DNA of 57,237 nt from a virus (taxonomy: Duplodnaviria; Caudoviricetes). The position numbers and the translations under genes were made by a program. Shown in pieces: positions 1 to 10,121 of this stretch; position 1 is the stretch's first letter, and each line of letters begins with the position of its first letter. The DNA lies in the IMG/VR virus record IMGVR_UViG_3300021964_000077, positions 1-57,237 of that record; one strand, given 5' to 3'. The notes beneath the pieces were generated by a model. That model worked only from the letters and a program-made list of their open reading frames with translations, was not told the DNA's origin and searched no databases.

Positions 1-1137
1 GCTAAAGCTGCTTTAGAAGAGTCTATTACTCCTGAGTTGAAAGAACTTTTAGCTCAACGTCTCCAGGAAATGGAAGAAGAAGTTGAGGAAGAGGTAATCG
101 CTGAAGAGGAAGTTTCTGTTGAAGAAATTATTGAAGAGACTATTGAAGAAGCAGAAGAAGTAATTGACGAAGCTGACGAAGAGGAAGCAGAGGATGATTC
201 AGAAGAATCTGAAGACGAAGCTGACGAGGAAGAAGATGCAGAAGGTGAAGAGCCTGCTGGTGATGATGAGATCGCTGACAGTGATATGACTGTAGATGAT
301 CTTAAAGACATGATCCGTGACATTTTATCTCAAGAAATGGGAGACCACGAAGAGGAAGATGCTATGGAGGATGACATGGAAGCTGATGCAGAAGCAGATG
401 ATATGGCCGCTGGCGATATGACTGCTGCTGACGATGAAGAAATCAACTTAGAAGAGTTGATGGCTGAATTAGCTGACATGGCAAAAGAAGAAGTAGTAAC
501 TGAAGAAGAAGCTACTGAAGAAGAAGTAATCGCTGAAAACGAAGTGGAAGAAGGAGATTACGGAATGGAAGAAGAGGCAATAGACGAACTCGATCACGCA
601 GTGATGTCTGCCGGCGAAGTACTGGGTACTATCGGCGCAACAGGTGTTGGAATGGGTTTACTTTACAATGCTGATAGAATTGCAGCAGCTGTTAAAGCTC
701 TATTTGCAGCAGGTAAAGACGAAGAAGCACGTGCTTTAGCAGATTTTGACAAAGTACCACTAAAAGGTAAAGAGCAAAATGAAGCTGAATTAAACGAAGC
801 TTTAGAAACTGTTGAAACTCTTCGCAAAGAAATCAACGAGACTAACTTGTTGAACGCAAAATTGTTGTACGTAAATAAAGTATTCAAAACAAATACTCTT
901 TCTGAATCACAAAAAGCACATGTTCTTGCTGCTTTTGATAAAGCTGAGACAGTCAAAGAAGTTAAGTTGGTATTTGAAACAGTTAGTGAAAATATCCCTT
1001 CAGGTAAATCTGAGGTAGTGAAGGAAGCCAAAGGCTTTGCTTCTGCTGCTGTAGGAATTTCCGACAAACCAGAAGTGATTACTGAAGCTAACCAGGCTGT
1101 ATTACGTATGCAAAAACTTGCAGGAATTATTAAATAA
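1..1137 (+). CDS. Prohead core/scaffold protein (T4 gp22-like), 5'-truncated by the window edge
   Basis: Frame is open from base 1. Extremely Glu/Asp-rich, with a coiled-coil C-terminus (NETNLLNAKLLY...RMQKLAGI). Directly upstream of the major capsid gene; many (I/L/V)-x-E sites like T4 gp21 protease targets. Confidence 0.75.
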   Translation, partial: AKAALEESITPELKELLAQRLQEMEEEVEEEVIAEEEVSVEEIIEETIEEAEEVIDEADEEEAEDDSEESEDEADEEEDAEGEEPAGDDEIADSDMTVDDLKDMIRDILSQEMGDHEEEDAMEDDMEADAEADDMAAGDMTAADDEEINLEELMAELADMAKEEVVTEEEATEEEVIAENEVEEGDYGMEEEAIDELDHAVMSAGEVLGTIGATGVGMGLLYNADRIAAAVKALFAAGKDEEARALADFDKVPLKGKEQNEAELNEALETVETLRKEINETNLLNAKLLYVNKVFKTNTLSESQKAHVLAAFDKAETVKEVKLVFETVSENIPSGKSEVVKEAKGFASAAVGISDKPEVITEANQAVLRMQKLAGIIK

Positions 1138-1158
1138 CATTTGTTAAAAAAACTAATC

Positions 1159-2742
1159 ATGGATTTAAACAATCTTTTAAACGAATCAGCAAACGGCTTC
1201 AAGAGCTTGCAAGCTGATGCGTCTCGTTTGGCTGAAAAGTGGACTGCTACCGGTCTTTTGGAAGGTCTTTCTAACGAGCAAGAAAAAAACTCTATGGCTA
1301 TGATTCTTGAGAATCAAGCTAAAGAATTGATCAAAGAACAATCACAAACTGGTACTGGTGCAATCGGTTCAGGTGCTGCTGGTGAGCAGTGGGCTGGTGT
1401 TGCTTTACCATTGGTAAGAAAGGTATTCGCTCAGATTGCTGCTAAAGACTTCGTATCTGTACAGCCTATGAACTTGCCTTCAGGTCTAGTATTCTACTTG
1501 GACTTCAAGTACGGTGTTGGCGCTGGCGCACAGCAAGACTTCTCAGGTAACATGTACGGTAACGTATCTAGTGCTGCTAACAAGATGACTGCTGCTGACG
1601 AAGTAGAAGGTGGTCTTTACGGTGCAGGTCGTTTCGGTTACTCTATCAATGAATCAGAAGTAACTCATGCTGCTGCAAAAGGTCAAGTAAGCGCTACTGC
1701 TGTAACTGATGCAGATATTAACTTCAACAACGCTTACGTCAAAGCTGATTACGATCTTTACCAAGTAACTGCTTCTTTACTATCAGAAGCTGACTTGAAA
1801 GGTGTTAGAGCTTTCGTACCTATGTCAGGTTCAGTACCTGCTAGATACTTAGCAGAATTTACTAAAGTAGTTGGTGACAAAGTAGTTTTCGTAGTTGACG
1901 ATGCTGACTCTGCTAACATCACTAAAGTAGTATACCACGTACAGCCTGCTGACAACTCAAGAGGTGACTTCGAAGATAGATCAGGTGCTCCTATCTCTAT
2001 CCCAGAAATCAACGTTGAGTTAGCTTCTGAAGCTATCGTTGCTAAGACTAGAAAGTTGAAAGCACAATGGACTCCAGAATTCGCACAAGATTTGAACGCT
2101 TACCACAGTGTAGATGCTGAGGCTGAGTTGACTTCTATCTTGTCTGAGTACATCTCAATGGAGATCGATCTAGAGATCTTGGATATGTTGATTCAAGACG
2201 CTGCTACTATCGAAAGATGGTCTGCTAAGAACAACGAAGTTTACTCTGGCGGATCATTCGGTCAAGGAGCTTCTACTTTCTTTAACACTCAAGGTCAGTG
2301 GTTCCAGACTCTTGGTACTAAGATGCAGAAAGTATCTAACAAGATTCACCAAAAAACTTTGAGAGGTGGTGCAAACTTCGTAGTAGTTTCTCCAGAAGTA
2401 GCAACTATCTTGGAAAGCATTCCAGGATTCGCTGCTGCAACTGACGGTGACAAAATGGACTTTGCAATGGGCGTACAGAAAGTAGGTTCATTGAACAGCC
2501 GTTTCAAAGTGTACAAGAACCCTTACATGACTGAAAACGTAATGTTGATGGGTTACAGAGGATCTCAGTTCTTGGAAACAGGTGCTGTTTACGCTCCTTA
2601 CGTACCATTGATGATGACTCCTCTAGTATACGATCCAGATACATTCACACCACGTAAAGGTATCATGACTCGTTACGCTAAGAAGATGATCCGTCCTGAA
2701 TTTTACGGTAAGATCGTAATTGCTGATTTAGACACTATCTAA
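1159..2742 (+). CDS. gp23: Major capsid protein, T4 gp23 family
   Basis: Typical gp23 motifs: VSVQPMNLPSGLVFYL, AKTRKLKAQWTPEFAQDL, AEAELTSILSEYISMEIDLEI, YAPYVPL, DPDTFTPRKGIMTRY. ATG at 1159 preferred over TTG at 1141. Confidence 0.96.
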   Translation: MDLNNLLNESANGFKSLQADASRLAEKWTATGLLEGLSNEQEKNSMAMILENQAKELIKEQSQTGTGAIGSGAAGEQWAGVALPLVRKVFAQIAAKDFVSVQPMNLPSGLVFYLDFKYGVGAGAQQDFSGNMYGNVSSAANKMTAADEVEGGLYGAGRFGYSINESEVTHAAAKGQVSATAVTDADINFNNAYVKADYDLYQVTASLLSEADLKGVRAFVPMSGSVPARYLAEFTKVVGDKVVFVVDDADSANITKVVYHVQPADNSRGDFEDRSGAPISIPEINVELASEAIVAKTRKLKAQWTPEFAQDLNAYHSVDAEAELTSILSEYISMEIDLEILDMLIQDAATIERWSAKNNEVYSGGSFGQGASTFFNTQGQWFQTLGTKMQKVSNKIHQKTLRGGANFVVVSPEVATILESIPGFAAATDGDKMDFAMGVQKVGSLNSRFKVYKNPYMTENVMLMGYRGSQFLETGAVYAPYVPLMMTPLVYDPDTFTPRKGIMTRYAKKMIRPEFYGKIVIADLDTI

Positions 2743-2766
2743 GAAGTAAATCTTACAAAGATTATT

Positions 2767-2795
2767 GAGAGGGGCCTTCGGGCCCCTTTCTTTTT
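2767..2795 (+). terminator. Intrinsic terminator after the capsid gene
   Basis: GGGGCC-TTCG-GGCCCC stem with a C(UUCG)G tetraloop, followed by TTTCTTTTT. Confidence 0.9.
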
Positions 2796-2799
2796 GTCC

Positions 2800-2807
2800 T
2801 ATTTATA
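2800..2807 (+). promoter_or_regulatory. TATTTATA motif (putative late promoter), first of many copies
   Basis: Exact TATTTATA in intergenic DNA at 2800, 3529, 5740, 9367, 10080, 12518, 26206, 32764, 32833, 34596, 35660, 46304, 54060 and 54958; TATTTATT variants at 36717 and 51146. Confidence 0.75.
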
Positions 2808-2829
2808 GTAAACGTAAAAGTTATTACAT

Positions 2830-3516
2830 ATGACTTCAAACCACCACGAAGACGACGTCTTCAAGGCGAAGAGAAAGCCCAAAGGGCCAATTAAGTTTAA
2901 GTTACAGCTCAACGAAGAGCAGAAAGTAGCCAAGTCTACTATTCTCGAAAATCCAATTACCGTACTTAAAGGGATGGCAGGCTCTGGAAAGACTCTGGTA
3001 GCAGCACAAGTTGGATTAGACTTACTATTCAGAAAAGAAGTAGATAAGGTTATTATTACTCGACCTACTGTAGCTAAAGAAGATATAGGATTTCTACCAG
3101 GCGACATCAGAGAGAAGATGGATCCATGGTTAGCTCCTATCTATCACAACCTATTCATGTTATACGATCAGACAAAGATAGAGAAAGAGATAGAGCTAGG
3201 TAATATCGAGATCGTACCCTTTGCCTTCATGAGAGGTAGAACCTTTGTCAATGCTTTTGTTATCGTAGATGAAGCACAAAATGTTACTCATACACAAATG
3301 GAGACTGTCTTAGGAAGATTAGGTAGAGACAGTAAGATGGTAATATGTGGAGATCTAGCTCAGATTGATTTAAAGAACAAAAGAGAGACAGGTTTCTCAT
3401 TCTTAACTAGGATTGAAGAGCATGTTGAAGGCTTTAAGTTGATTGCTTTAGAGAGAAATCATCGTCATGATATCGTTTCTCCTATATTAAAGGTATACCA
3501 GACCTTTAGGGATTAA
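2830..3516 (+). CDS. phoH: PhoH-family ATPase
   Basis: Walker A GMAGSGKT; IITRP, IGFLPG, FMRGRTF, DEAQN, GDLAQID motifs. Confidence 0.95.
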   Translation: MTSNHHEDDVFKAKRKPKGPIKFKLQLNEEQKVAKSTILENPITVLKGMAGSGKTLVAAQVGLDLLFRKEVDKVIITRPTVAKEDIGFLPGDIREKMDPWLAPIYHNLFMLYDQTKIEKEIELGNIEIVPFAFMRGRTFVNAFVIVDEAQNVTHTQMETVLGRLGRDSKMVICGDLAQIDLKNKRETGFSFLTRIEEHVEGFKLIALERNHRHDIVSPILKVYQTFRD

Positions 3517-3551
3517 AAGCCAAGCAGCTATTTATATAAAAATCTAGCTAC

Positions 3552-3953
3552 ATGGCCGCAGGAAGGTACGACTTTACTATAGAACAGGGAGCAACACTAA
3601 ACTTCCAGATCGATTATACAGAGAACTGTAAAACCCCTATAGACTTATCAGGATACAATGCACGTATGCAGGTAAGGCCTGTAATAGGTGATCCTACTTC
3701 ATACCTAACTTTATCTAGCAGCTTACAGCCTTGTGGTACTGGCTTAAACATGAGCGGTTCTAATGGAATCACCCCATTAGCATCAGGATCAATCGGAGTA
3801 TTTATTTCAGCTTATTCATCCTCTCTATTAGATTGGGATGGAAAAGCATCATACGATCTAGAGATATACTCAGGCAGTGATAATTGCGAATATGTAGTAA
3901 GGTTGTTAGAAGGTAGAGTAAAACTTAGTAAAGAAATAACCCTTATTCCCTAA
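3552..3953 (+). CDS. Small virion structural/adaptor protein (Ig-like, BppU-N-like)
   Basis: YDFTIEQGAT...PIDLSGYNARMQVR...YDLEI...RLLEG pattern, common in phage structural proteins. TATTTATA upstream; coupled by TAATG overlap to the collagen gene. Confidence 0.55.
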   Translation: MAAGRYDFTIEQGATLNFQIDYTENCKTPIDLSGYNARMQVRPVIGDPTSYLTLSSSLQPCGTGLNMSGSNGITPLASGSIGVFISAYSSSLLDWDGKASYDLEIYSGSDNCEYVVRLLEGRVKLSKEITLIP

Positions 3954-5713
3954 TGGACTGTAATGTAAAAAAAGTAGTAGTACGTCCCGATTGTACTACA
4001 GTTAAAGTATCTAGCGTAGGAATACCAGGAAAGACTGGATTACAAGGTATACAAGGTCTTCAAGGATTACAAGGTATGCAAGGAACTACCGGCATACAGG
4101 GATTACAAGGTATTCAAGGAGAGAGTATTCAAGGTATCCAAGGGATACAGGGCATTCAAGGACTTCAAGGATTACAAGGACCTCAAGGAGTTCAAGGGCA
4201 GACAGGCGCTACAGGCGCTCAAGGCATTAAAGGAGACGAAGGAACACAGGGAATACAAGGAATACAAGGAATATCGGGTACTGGAGGATCTCAAGGTACA
4301 CAAGGGATTCAAGGCCCACAAGGTTTACAGGGACTTCAAGGATTAGAAGGTTTACAAGGAATACAGGGGTTAACAGGGATTCAAGGTATCCAAGGTGAAC
4401 AAGGACTTCAAGGTATAGCCGGTGAAGGAGCTCAAGGAATACAGGGGTTAACAGGTATTCAAGGAGCAGATGGTACTCAAGGCTTACAAGGAGAGGGTGC
4501 ACAAGGTATCCAAGGTACCACCGGTATTCAAGGATTAGATGGAGTTCAAGGAACAGATGGAGCACAAGGAGTGCAAGGACTAATCGGACTACAGGGACTT
4601 ACTGGTACTCAAGGTCTTATTGGTATACAAGGATCTGACGGTACTCAAGGAATACAGGGAATATCAATTCAAGGTATTCAAGGACTAACTGGTATCCAAG
4701 GACTTGAAGGTGCTCAGGGAATTACCGGAGTAGGAGCTCAAGGTATTCAAGGACTAACTGGTATTCAAGGCACAGATGGAGGAGGTGGAGACTTAGAAAT
4801 ACTAGACGAAGGAGTTCAACTTACTACTGCAGCATCTTCTCTTAACTTTGTAGGAAACGGTATACAAGCAACAAACTCAGGTAACGATGTAACTGTTACT
4901 GTAGAAGAGTCAATGGTAGATACCCAGTTCCTTTTAGACTTGGGTAAAATTGCCTACGGTTCCAACAGCAGCAACAGTAGTGCTATATTTAGCGGATCCG
5001 CTTACTTAGTACTATCTGGTAGCGATATAAATGAAGCAACCTTCAACCTTGCTTCTCCATCCGGTAAATACGGCGGCGAAGGAGTTTGGGGAGGAGTTAA
5101 TATATGGTACGTACACCGGGGACACGATACTCACATAGAGTTCTATGATGTCACAGTAAGTAACGGATACAACACAACAGGAGAACGGACAAACGTGTAC
5201 CTAAACGCAAACCCTAGTAGCATCTTCGGTCCTTGGGTAAACAGTCCTACCCGGATCGCAACCTTAAGAAAGACCGGCTACTACGCTTTCGATACGACTG
5301 CTACAGGCGGAGACGGACAGATGTTATATAGTAGCTACTCCCAGTACTACTCAGATCCTAGGATTGAGGACCAGCGATACATATTAAGCAGTGCTTACAA
5401 TAAGACATCAAACACTAGAGTACAGATTACCGGTAATACAACCTTCGAGCTAAACGAACCATATACGCGATTTGATCTTCAATGGAACGCCTCAGGATAC
5501 ACCATTGTACTTAATCAAGGTACATTACCGCTAGGTCAAATTGCAACAGTACATATAGATTACATCAACAACGGTACTACTGCTAACCTTAAGTACGAAA
5601 AAGTAAACGGAGGAGCAGATACAGAAATTGGCTCATTAGGACCAGGAGCAGGTACTATTACTTTAACTTTTATAGGATTAGTAAACGGCATCTTCTGTTA
5701 CGAACATCCTTAA
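3953..5713 (+). CDS. Collagen-like fibre protein with globular C-terminal domain
   Basis: About 250 aa of interrupted G-X-Y repeats (GIQ/GLQ/GAQ), then ILDEGVQLTTAASSLNFVG...VTVTV and a beta-rich C-terminus. Confidence 0.85.
   Translation: MDCNVKKVVVRPDCTTVKVSSVGIPGKTGLQGIQGLQGLQGMQGTTGIQGLQGIQGESIQGIQGIQGIQGLQGLQGPQGVQGQTGATGAQGIKGDEGTQGIQGIQGISGTGGSQGTQGIQGPQGLQGLQGLEGLQGIQGLTGIQGIQGEQGLQGIAGEGAQGIQGLTGIQGADGTQGLQGEGAQGIQGTTGIQGLDGVQGTDGAQGVQGLIGLQGLTGTQGLIGIQGSDGTQGIQGISIQGIQGLTGIQGLEGAQGITGVGAQGIQGLTGIQGTDGGGGDLEILDEGVQLTTAASSLNFVGNGIQATNSGNDVTVTVEESMVDTQFLLDLGKIAYGSNSSNSSAIFSGSAYLVLSGSDINEATFNLASPSGKYGGEGVWGGVNIWYVHRGHDTHIEFYDVTVSNGYNTTGERTNVYLNANPSSIFGPWVNSPTRIATLRKTGYYAFDTTATGGDGQMLYSSYSQYYSDPRIEDQRYILSSAYNKTSNTRVQITGNTTFELNEPYTRFDLQWNASGYTIVLNQGTLPLGQIATVHIDYINNGTTANLKYEKVNGGADTEIGSLGPGAGTITLTFIGLVNGIFCYEHP
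4019..4777 (+). repeat. Collagen G-X-Q coding repeat (9-bp period, CAAGG-rich)
   Basis: Repeated ggNNNNcaa units visible in the DNA. Confidence 0.9.
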
Positions 5714-5760
5714 CGAGTACTAATTAGCAGTACGGTTACTATTTATATAAAAATGTAACT

Positions 5761-6918
5761 ATGGCCGATATTGCAATCTGGGAAGGATCATCAACATTCG
5801 CTGCTGGTCAGACACCATTCGCATTTTACGATAACGACTCTGACTTTAGAACAGATGCTGATAAAGTAGCTAAATTCTGTGCTCAAAGACTCGGATATCC
5901 GCTAATGGATGTAGAGTTGCAGTCTGGATCTTTTTATGCTTGTTTCGAAGAAGCAGTCACTACTTACGGTAACGAAGTATTCCAGTATAAGGTTAGAGAG
6001 AACTACCTTACAATGGAAGGAGCTTCTAATCAAGATACTTTTAACAGTAAGTTAATACAGCCAAACCTTAGCCGTGTTATCAGAATCACAGAAGATTACG
6101 GTACAGAAGCCGGAGTAGGCGGTAAGGTGACTAAGTACACTGGTGAACTAAACGTAACTAGTGGAGTACAGGAGTACGATCTAAATGCATGGGCTGATGA
6201 GCAATGCATAGACGGAGGTATTGAGATCAGAAAAGTATTCTACGAATCACCCCCAGCAATCTTACGTTACTTTGATCCTTATGCAGGTACCGGTACAGGT
6301 ATTCAATCACTAATGGATGCTTTTGATTTCGGATCGTATTCACCAGGTGTTAACTTCTTATTGATGCCTGCATCATTTGATATGTTAAAAGTACAAGCTA
6401 TTGAATTCAACGATCAGATAAGAAGATCAGCATACTCCTTTGAAGTAATTAACAATCAGCTTAAACTATTCCCGATTCCAACTAGAACAGGGAAGATTTT
6501 CTTCGAGTACTATAAAACTGCTGAGAAAGATTCACCAACAGGATCTTCAGATTGTATTGTACCTAAAGCTAATATTATAACTAACGTAGGAGAAGTACCT
6601 TATGAGAATATGGAGTACACCACAGTTAATTCTGTAGGTCGTCAATGGATCTACAGGTATACGTTAGCATTATCAAAAGAGCTATTAGGGTACATCAGAG
6701 GGAAGTACCAACAAATACCAGTACCTGGATCTAATACAGGACTTAACCAAGCTGACCTACTAACTGACGCTAGATCTGAAAAGACTACTTTACTAACTGA
6801 GCTAAGAGAGATGTTAGATCAGACTACAAGAACTGCTCAACTAGAAAGAAAAGCAAACGAAGCAGATAGTTTAAAAAGAATCACCACAGAGGTGCCAATG
6901 ACAATATTCATAGGATAA
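5761..6918 (+). CDS. Neck/head-completion protein (T4 gp13-like)
   Basis: RLGYPLMDVEL near the N-terminus and WIYRYTLALSKELLGYIRGKY...PG near the C-terminus resemble gp13; position after the head genes fits. Confidence 0.75.
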   Translation: MADIAIWEGSSTFAAGQTPFAFYDNDSDFRTDADKVAKFCAQRLGYPLMDVELQSGSFYACFEEAVTTYGNEVFQYKVRENYLTMEGASNQDTFNSKLIQPNLSRVIRITEDYGTEAGVGGKVTKYTGELNVTSGVQEYDLNAWADEQCIDGGIEIRKVFYESPPAILRYFDPYAGTGTGIQSLMDAFDFGSYSPGVNFLLMPASFDMLKVQAIEFNDQIRRSAYSFEVINNQLKLFPIPTRTGKIFFEYYKTAEKDSPTGSSDCIVPKANIITNVGEVPYENMEYTTVNSVGRQWIYRYTLALSKELLGYIRGKYQQIPVPGSNTGLNQADLLTDARSEKTTLLTELREMLDQTTRTAQLERKANEADSLKRITTEVPMTIFIG

Positions 6919-7232
6919 TGAAGTTACGTAATTTAATACTAGAGGAAGAGTACAAAATGTTTAAGACATTTTTCTATTTTGAATTCGACGATTCAAACAT
7001 GGATGTATCTACTTTAGCTAATATTGTTAGAGCAGTAGATTTAGTTGCTGTAGTGAATAACAAATCAGATAAAGACGATCCTCGTCCAAGAGCATTATTT
7101 CAGATTAAGATTGCTACTACTAAGCCTCCTAAAGAATCATTTGACCAAGTCAAGCAAGAGTGCATGACAAAGATTTCTCAAGTAAAGAAATGCCAGTTCT
7201 CAGAAAGACATATTGAAGAAGTTAATCTGTAA
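6918..7232 (+). CDS. Hypothetical protein; N-terminus MKLRNLILEE resembles a cleavable capsid-targeting leader
   Basis: 104-aa ORF overlapping the upstream stop (TAATG). Confidence 0.6.
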   Translation: MKLRNLILEEEYKMFKTFFYFEFDDSNMDVSTLANIVRAVDLVAVVNNKSDKDDPRPRALFQIKIATTKPPKESFDQVKQECMTKISQVKKCQFSERHIEEVNL

Positions 7233-7234
7233 TT

Positions 7235-7792
7235 ATGAGTATATTCGGAAGTAAAAAGGACTTTGCGCTCATCACTAAGATGAACCGTGCACTGCTTCGA
7301 GATATAATCGAGCAGGAGGTTGGGTACTACAAAATATCTCTAGAAGATACTTTTGCTAATATCTACGGAGAATCTTTAGAGAAAGTTTATAACGACCCAG
7401 TATTACTTCAATGTATATTAACCAGAGGAGATCAAGTAGTAACTTCTGATGATTTTGGACCAGATCTACAACGTAACGTATCTTTTGCTTTTTTACGTCA
7501 AGATCTAGTAGATACTCAATTAGTACCAGAGGTAGGTGATATTATTATGCTTAATGAAGATTACTACGAAGTAGATTTAGTAAGAGAAAATCAATTCTTC
7601 TTTGGGAAAGATACGAATTATAACTACGGTAGAAGTGGAGCTCACGGCTCTAGTATTTCTATTGTATGTGATGCTCATTTAACAAGAGTAGAGAGGTTGG
7701 GCTTAACTCAAAATCAACCTGCTACACCTCCTATTGCAAGAGAAAGCAATTATGTTAAGAATCAATTCACTGGAAACGATTACGTAGACTAA
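7235..7792 (+). CDS. Head closure/neck protein (T4 gp14-like)
   Basis: NIYGES and PEVGDII...YYEV motifs; lies between the gp13-like and gp15-like genes. Confidence 0.65.
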   Translation: MSIFGSKKDFALITKMNRALLRDIIEQEVGYYKISLEDTFANIYGESLEKVYNDPVLLQCILTRGDQVVTSDDFGPDLQRNVSFAFLRQDLVDTQLVPEVGDIIMLNEDYYEVDLVRENQFFFGKDTNYNYGRSGAHGSSISIVCDAHLTRVERLGLTQNQPATPPIARESNYVKNQFTGNDYVD

Positions 7793-7793
7793 T

Positions 7794-9041
7794 ATGGCAG
7801 CTCCTAGAAAAAATAAACCAAGAGCAAAAACTCAGTCAGACTTGACTAGAGACCAGATTACTGCGTACGGTGCAAGCGCTGGTGTACCTCCTGCTTCAAC
7901 TAAGCAGAACAGAGAGAATCAAATCTCAGTAAAAGACGATAACACTAAGCTTCCAGTAATTGGAATAAAGGATATTGATGAAGCTGTATTCTATTACTTC
8001 AATAATGTACTAAAGCCAACAGTATCTCAAAACGGTTCAGAAATACCGGTACCTGTTTTATACGGCAACCCGGAAAGATGGTCTGCTGTACAGAAAGACG
8101 GATTCTATAGAGATAGAAACGGTAAGGTACAGGTACCGTTAGTAATGTTTAAGAAAAACACTATTGAGAAGGATCGTAGCTTAAGTAATAAGTTAGATGG
8201 TAATGAGGTAAATAATTTTGTTGTTTACGAAAAGAAGTACTCTCGTAAAAATATATACGATAGATTTTCAATCTTAGGAAACAGAAACCCAGTAAAAGAG
8301 TTATACGGAGTAGTTGTACCTGATTATGTGACAGTAAATTACTCTTGTGTAATATTCACAGACTATGTTCAGCAATGCGATAAGATTATTGAAGCTATTA
8401 ATTTTGCATCAGATTCATACTGGGGTGATAAAAACAGGTATAGATTTAGAGCATCTGTAGATACTTTCTCAACAGCTGTAGAAATGTCTCAAGGACAAGA
8501 TAGAGCAGTGAAGGCGTCTTTTAATATTAAGCTTCACGGATATATTATAGCAGATAGCTACAATAGGGATTTAGCTAATATGAAAAAATTCTATTCTAAA
8601 TCTCAATTAAACTTCCAGATGGAAACAACTGGTACTTTAGAGGAATTAGAAAACAAAGTAAAAGCTGATTCAACCCCAACAGCTACTAGGTTCGCAGATA
8701 ATGAATTAAACAAGCCTCAAGTATTTAGAGAAGGTATGGAGATAGAAGAAATCATATACCTTTCTACAAACAGTACTGCTATAGCAAGCTCACTATCAGG
8801 AACTGTAGCTACTTTTACCGGGTTCAACATACTGACTCCACCAGAAGACTTCCCAGCTATTACTAAAGATGATTTTGAAGTCTACTTAAACGGTAGAAGG
8901 TTCCCATCATCACAAATCAACTCAATCTCTCAACAAGGAACAGCAATCGAAGTAGATGTAGATTTATCAACATTCTTAGAAACACCTGGATCTATTTTCG
9001 AAGCAGATGATCAAATTCTATTAACCGGTAAATTCAAATAA
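7794..9041 (+). CDS. Tail completion/sheath stabiliser (T4 gp15-like) with an extra C-terminal domain
   Basis: IPVPVLYGNPERW and VPDYVTVNYS...IIEAI resemble gp15. The last ~100 aa are paralogous to the next two ORFs. Confidence 0.7.
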   Translation: MAAPRKNKPRAKTQSDLTRDQITAYGASAGVPPASTKQNRENQISVKDDNTKLPVIGIKDIDEAVFYYFNNVLKPTVSQNGSEIPVPVLYGNPERWSAVQKDGFYRDRNGKVQVPLVMFKKNTIEKDRSLSNKLDGNEVNNFVVYEKKYSRKNIYDRFSILGNRNPVKELYGVVVPDYVTVNYSCVIFTDYVQQCDKIIEAINFASDSYWGDKNRYRFRASVDTFSTAVEMSQGQDRAVKASFNIKLHGYIIADSYNRDLANMKKFYSKSQLNFQMETTGTLEELENKVKADSTPTATRFADNELNKPQVFREGMEIEEIIYLSTNSTAIASSLSGTVATFTGFNILTPPEDFPAITKDDFEVYLNGRRFPSSQINSISQQGTAIEVDVDLSTFLETPGSIFEADDQILLTGKFK

Positions 9042-9043
9042 GT

Positions 9044-9355
9044 ATGGCAATGACAGCAGCTCAAAGAGCATACTTACAGCTAAACTCATCAGCAATCGCA
9101 GACTCTTTTACAGGATCGACAGCAATATTTCTAAACAAGACTATTATAACACCTCCAGAAGATTTTAGTAAGGCTAAAAAAGACCATTTTGGAGTATATC
9201 TTAATAACAGAAGACTTCCAGGAGAGTATGTAGACTCAATCTATCAGATTGGATCTAATATAGAAGTAACTGTTGATCTAGCTTCTTTTTTAGGATTACC
9301 TGAAGCAGAGATTGAAGAAGGTGACGAAATTTTACTAACTGGTAAATTTAGTTAA
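9044..9355 (+). CDS. Small structural protein, paralogue of the gp15-like C-terminal domain
   Basis: TPPEDF...FGVYLNNRRLP...DEILLTGKF. Confidence 0.7.
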   Translation: MAMTAAQRAYLQLNSSAIADSFTGSTAIFLNKTIITPPEDFSKAKKDHFGVYLNNRRLPGEYVDSIYQIGSNIEVTVDLASFLGLPEAEIEEGDEILLTGKFS

Positions 9356-9392
9356 TACAACTTACCTATTTATATATTGAAAGATACCGGTA

Positions 9393-9788
9393 ATGGCGTA
9401 CAAAATAGGAGCAGTGCAATTTTCAGACGGAGAATTATACCGTCCTCAAGTAATAAGAACCACTCGAGTTGACGGGATGACCGCACAAGAGATTGCTTTT
9501 ACGCAACTTAACAATACTGCAGTCGCCGATCTTTTAGAACAGACTAAAGCGAAGTTCACAGGTAAAGTAATCGCCACACCTCCACCGGGATTTGCAGCAA
9601 TTACAGTTGACGATTTTGAAGTATACTTAAATGGAAGAAGAATACCTTCTTCTCAGATAAACAGCATACTTCAGCAAGCTACTCCGGTATTAATCGAAGT
9701 AGATATAAACATTTCAGCTTTCCTCGACATACCGAACTCAGTATTAGAGGAAGACGATGAAGTAGTACTAGTAGGAAAATTTAACTAA
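9393..9788 (+). CDS. Small structural protein, paralogue of the gp15-like C-terminal domain
   Basis: TPPPGF...DDFEVYLNGRRIPSSQINSI...DEVVLVGKF; TATTTATA at 9367. Confidence 0.7.
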   Translation: MAYKIGAVQFSDGELYRPQVIRTTRVDGMTAQEIAFTQLNNTAVADLLEQTKAKFTGKVIATPPPGFAAITVDDFEVYLNGRRIPSSQINSILQQATPVLIEVDINISAFLDIPNSVLEEDDEVVLVGKFN

Positions 9789-9791
9789 ACG

Positions 9792-10070
9792 ATGGCTAGA
9801 TTAAAACTTAGAGAGGTAAACCCCACAGGTGATTTTAACATCACCGGATCTCTTGGAGTATCTGGGAGCTTTGTAACCGTATTAGAAGCACCAGCAGTAT
9901 TCCAGACAAGAGACCCGGAAGTACCTGCATTAATTGTATCAGGTGCTTTAGAGATCGTAAAAGCAGAAATTCAAAACCGTGTAGTATCAGCTTCGTTAAC
10001 TATTGAAAACTTAGGAACTATGTCAGATAGATCTTCTGGGGATATAATCGATCTCGGAGGATTTTTCTAA
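9792..10070 (+). CDS. Hypothetical structural protein
   Basis: 92-aa ORF in the fibre block; ends IIDLGGFF, like the VIDGGSF end of the next gene. Confidence 0.6.
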   Translation: MARLKLREVNPTGDFNITGSLGVSGSFVTVLEAPAVFQTRDPEVPALIVSGALEIVKAEIQNRVVSASLTIENLGTMSDRSSGDIIDLGGFF

Positions 10071-10121
10071 TATAATTTATATTTATAAACAAGTAATTAA
10101 TTAATTTACCAAACAAACAAC

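Noticed and set aside
2830-3516. phoH as a novel auxiliary gene
   Set aside because: PhoH is common in large aquatic phages; only its late-promoter context is mildly notable.
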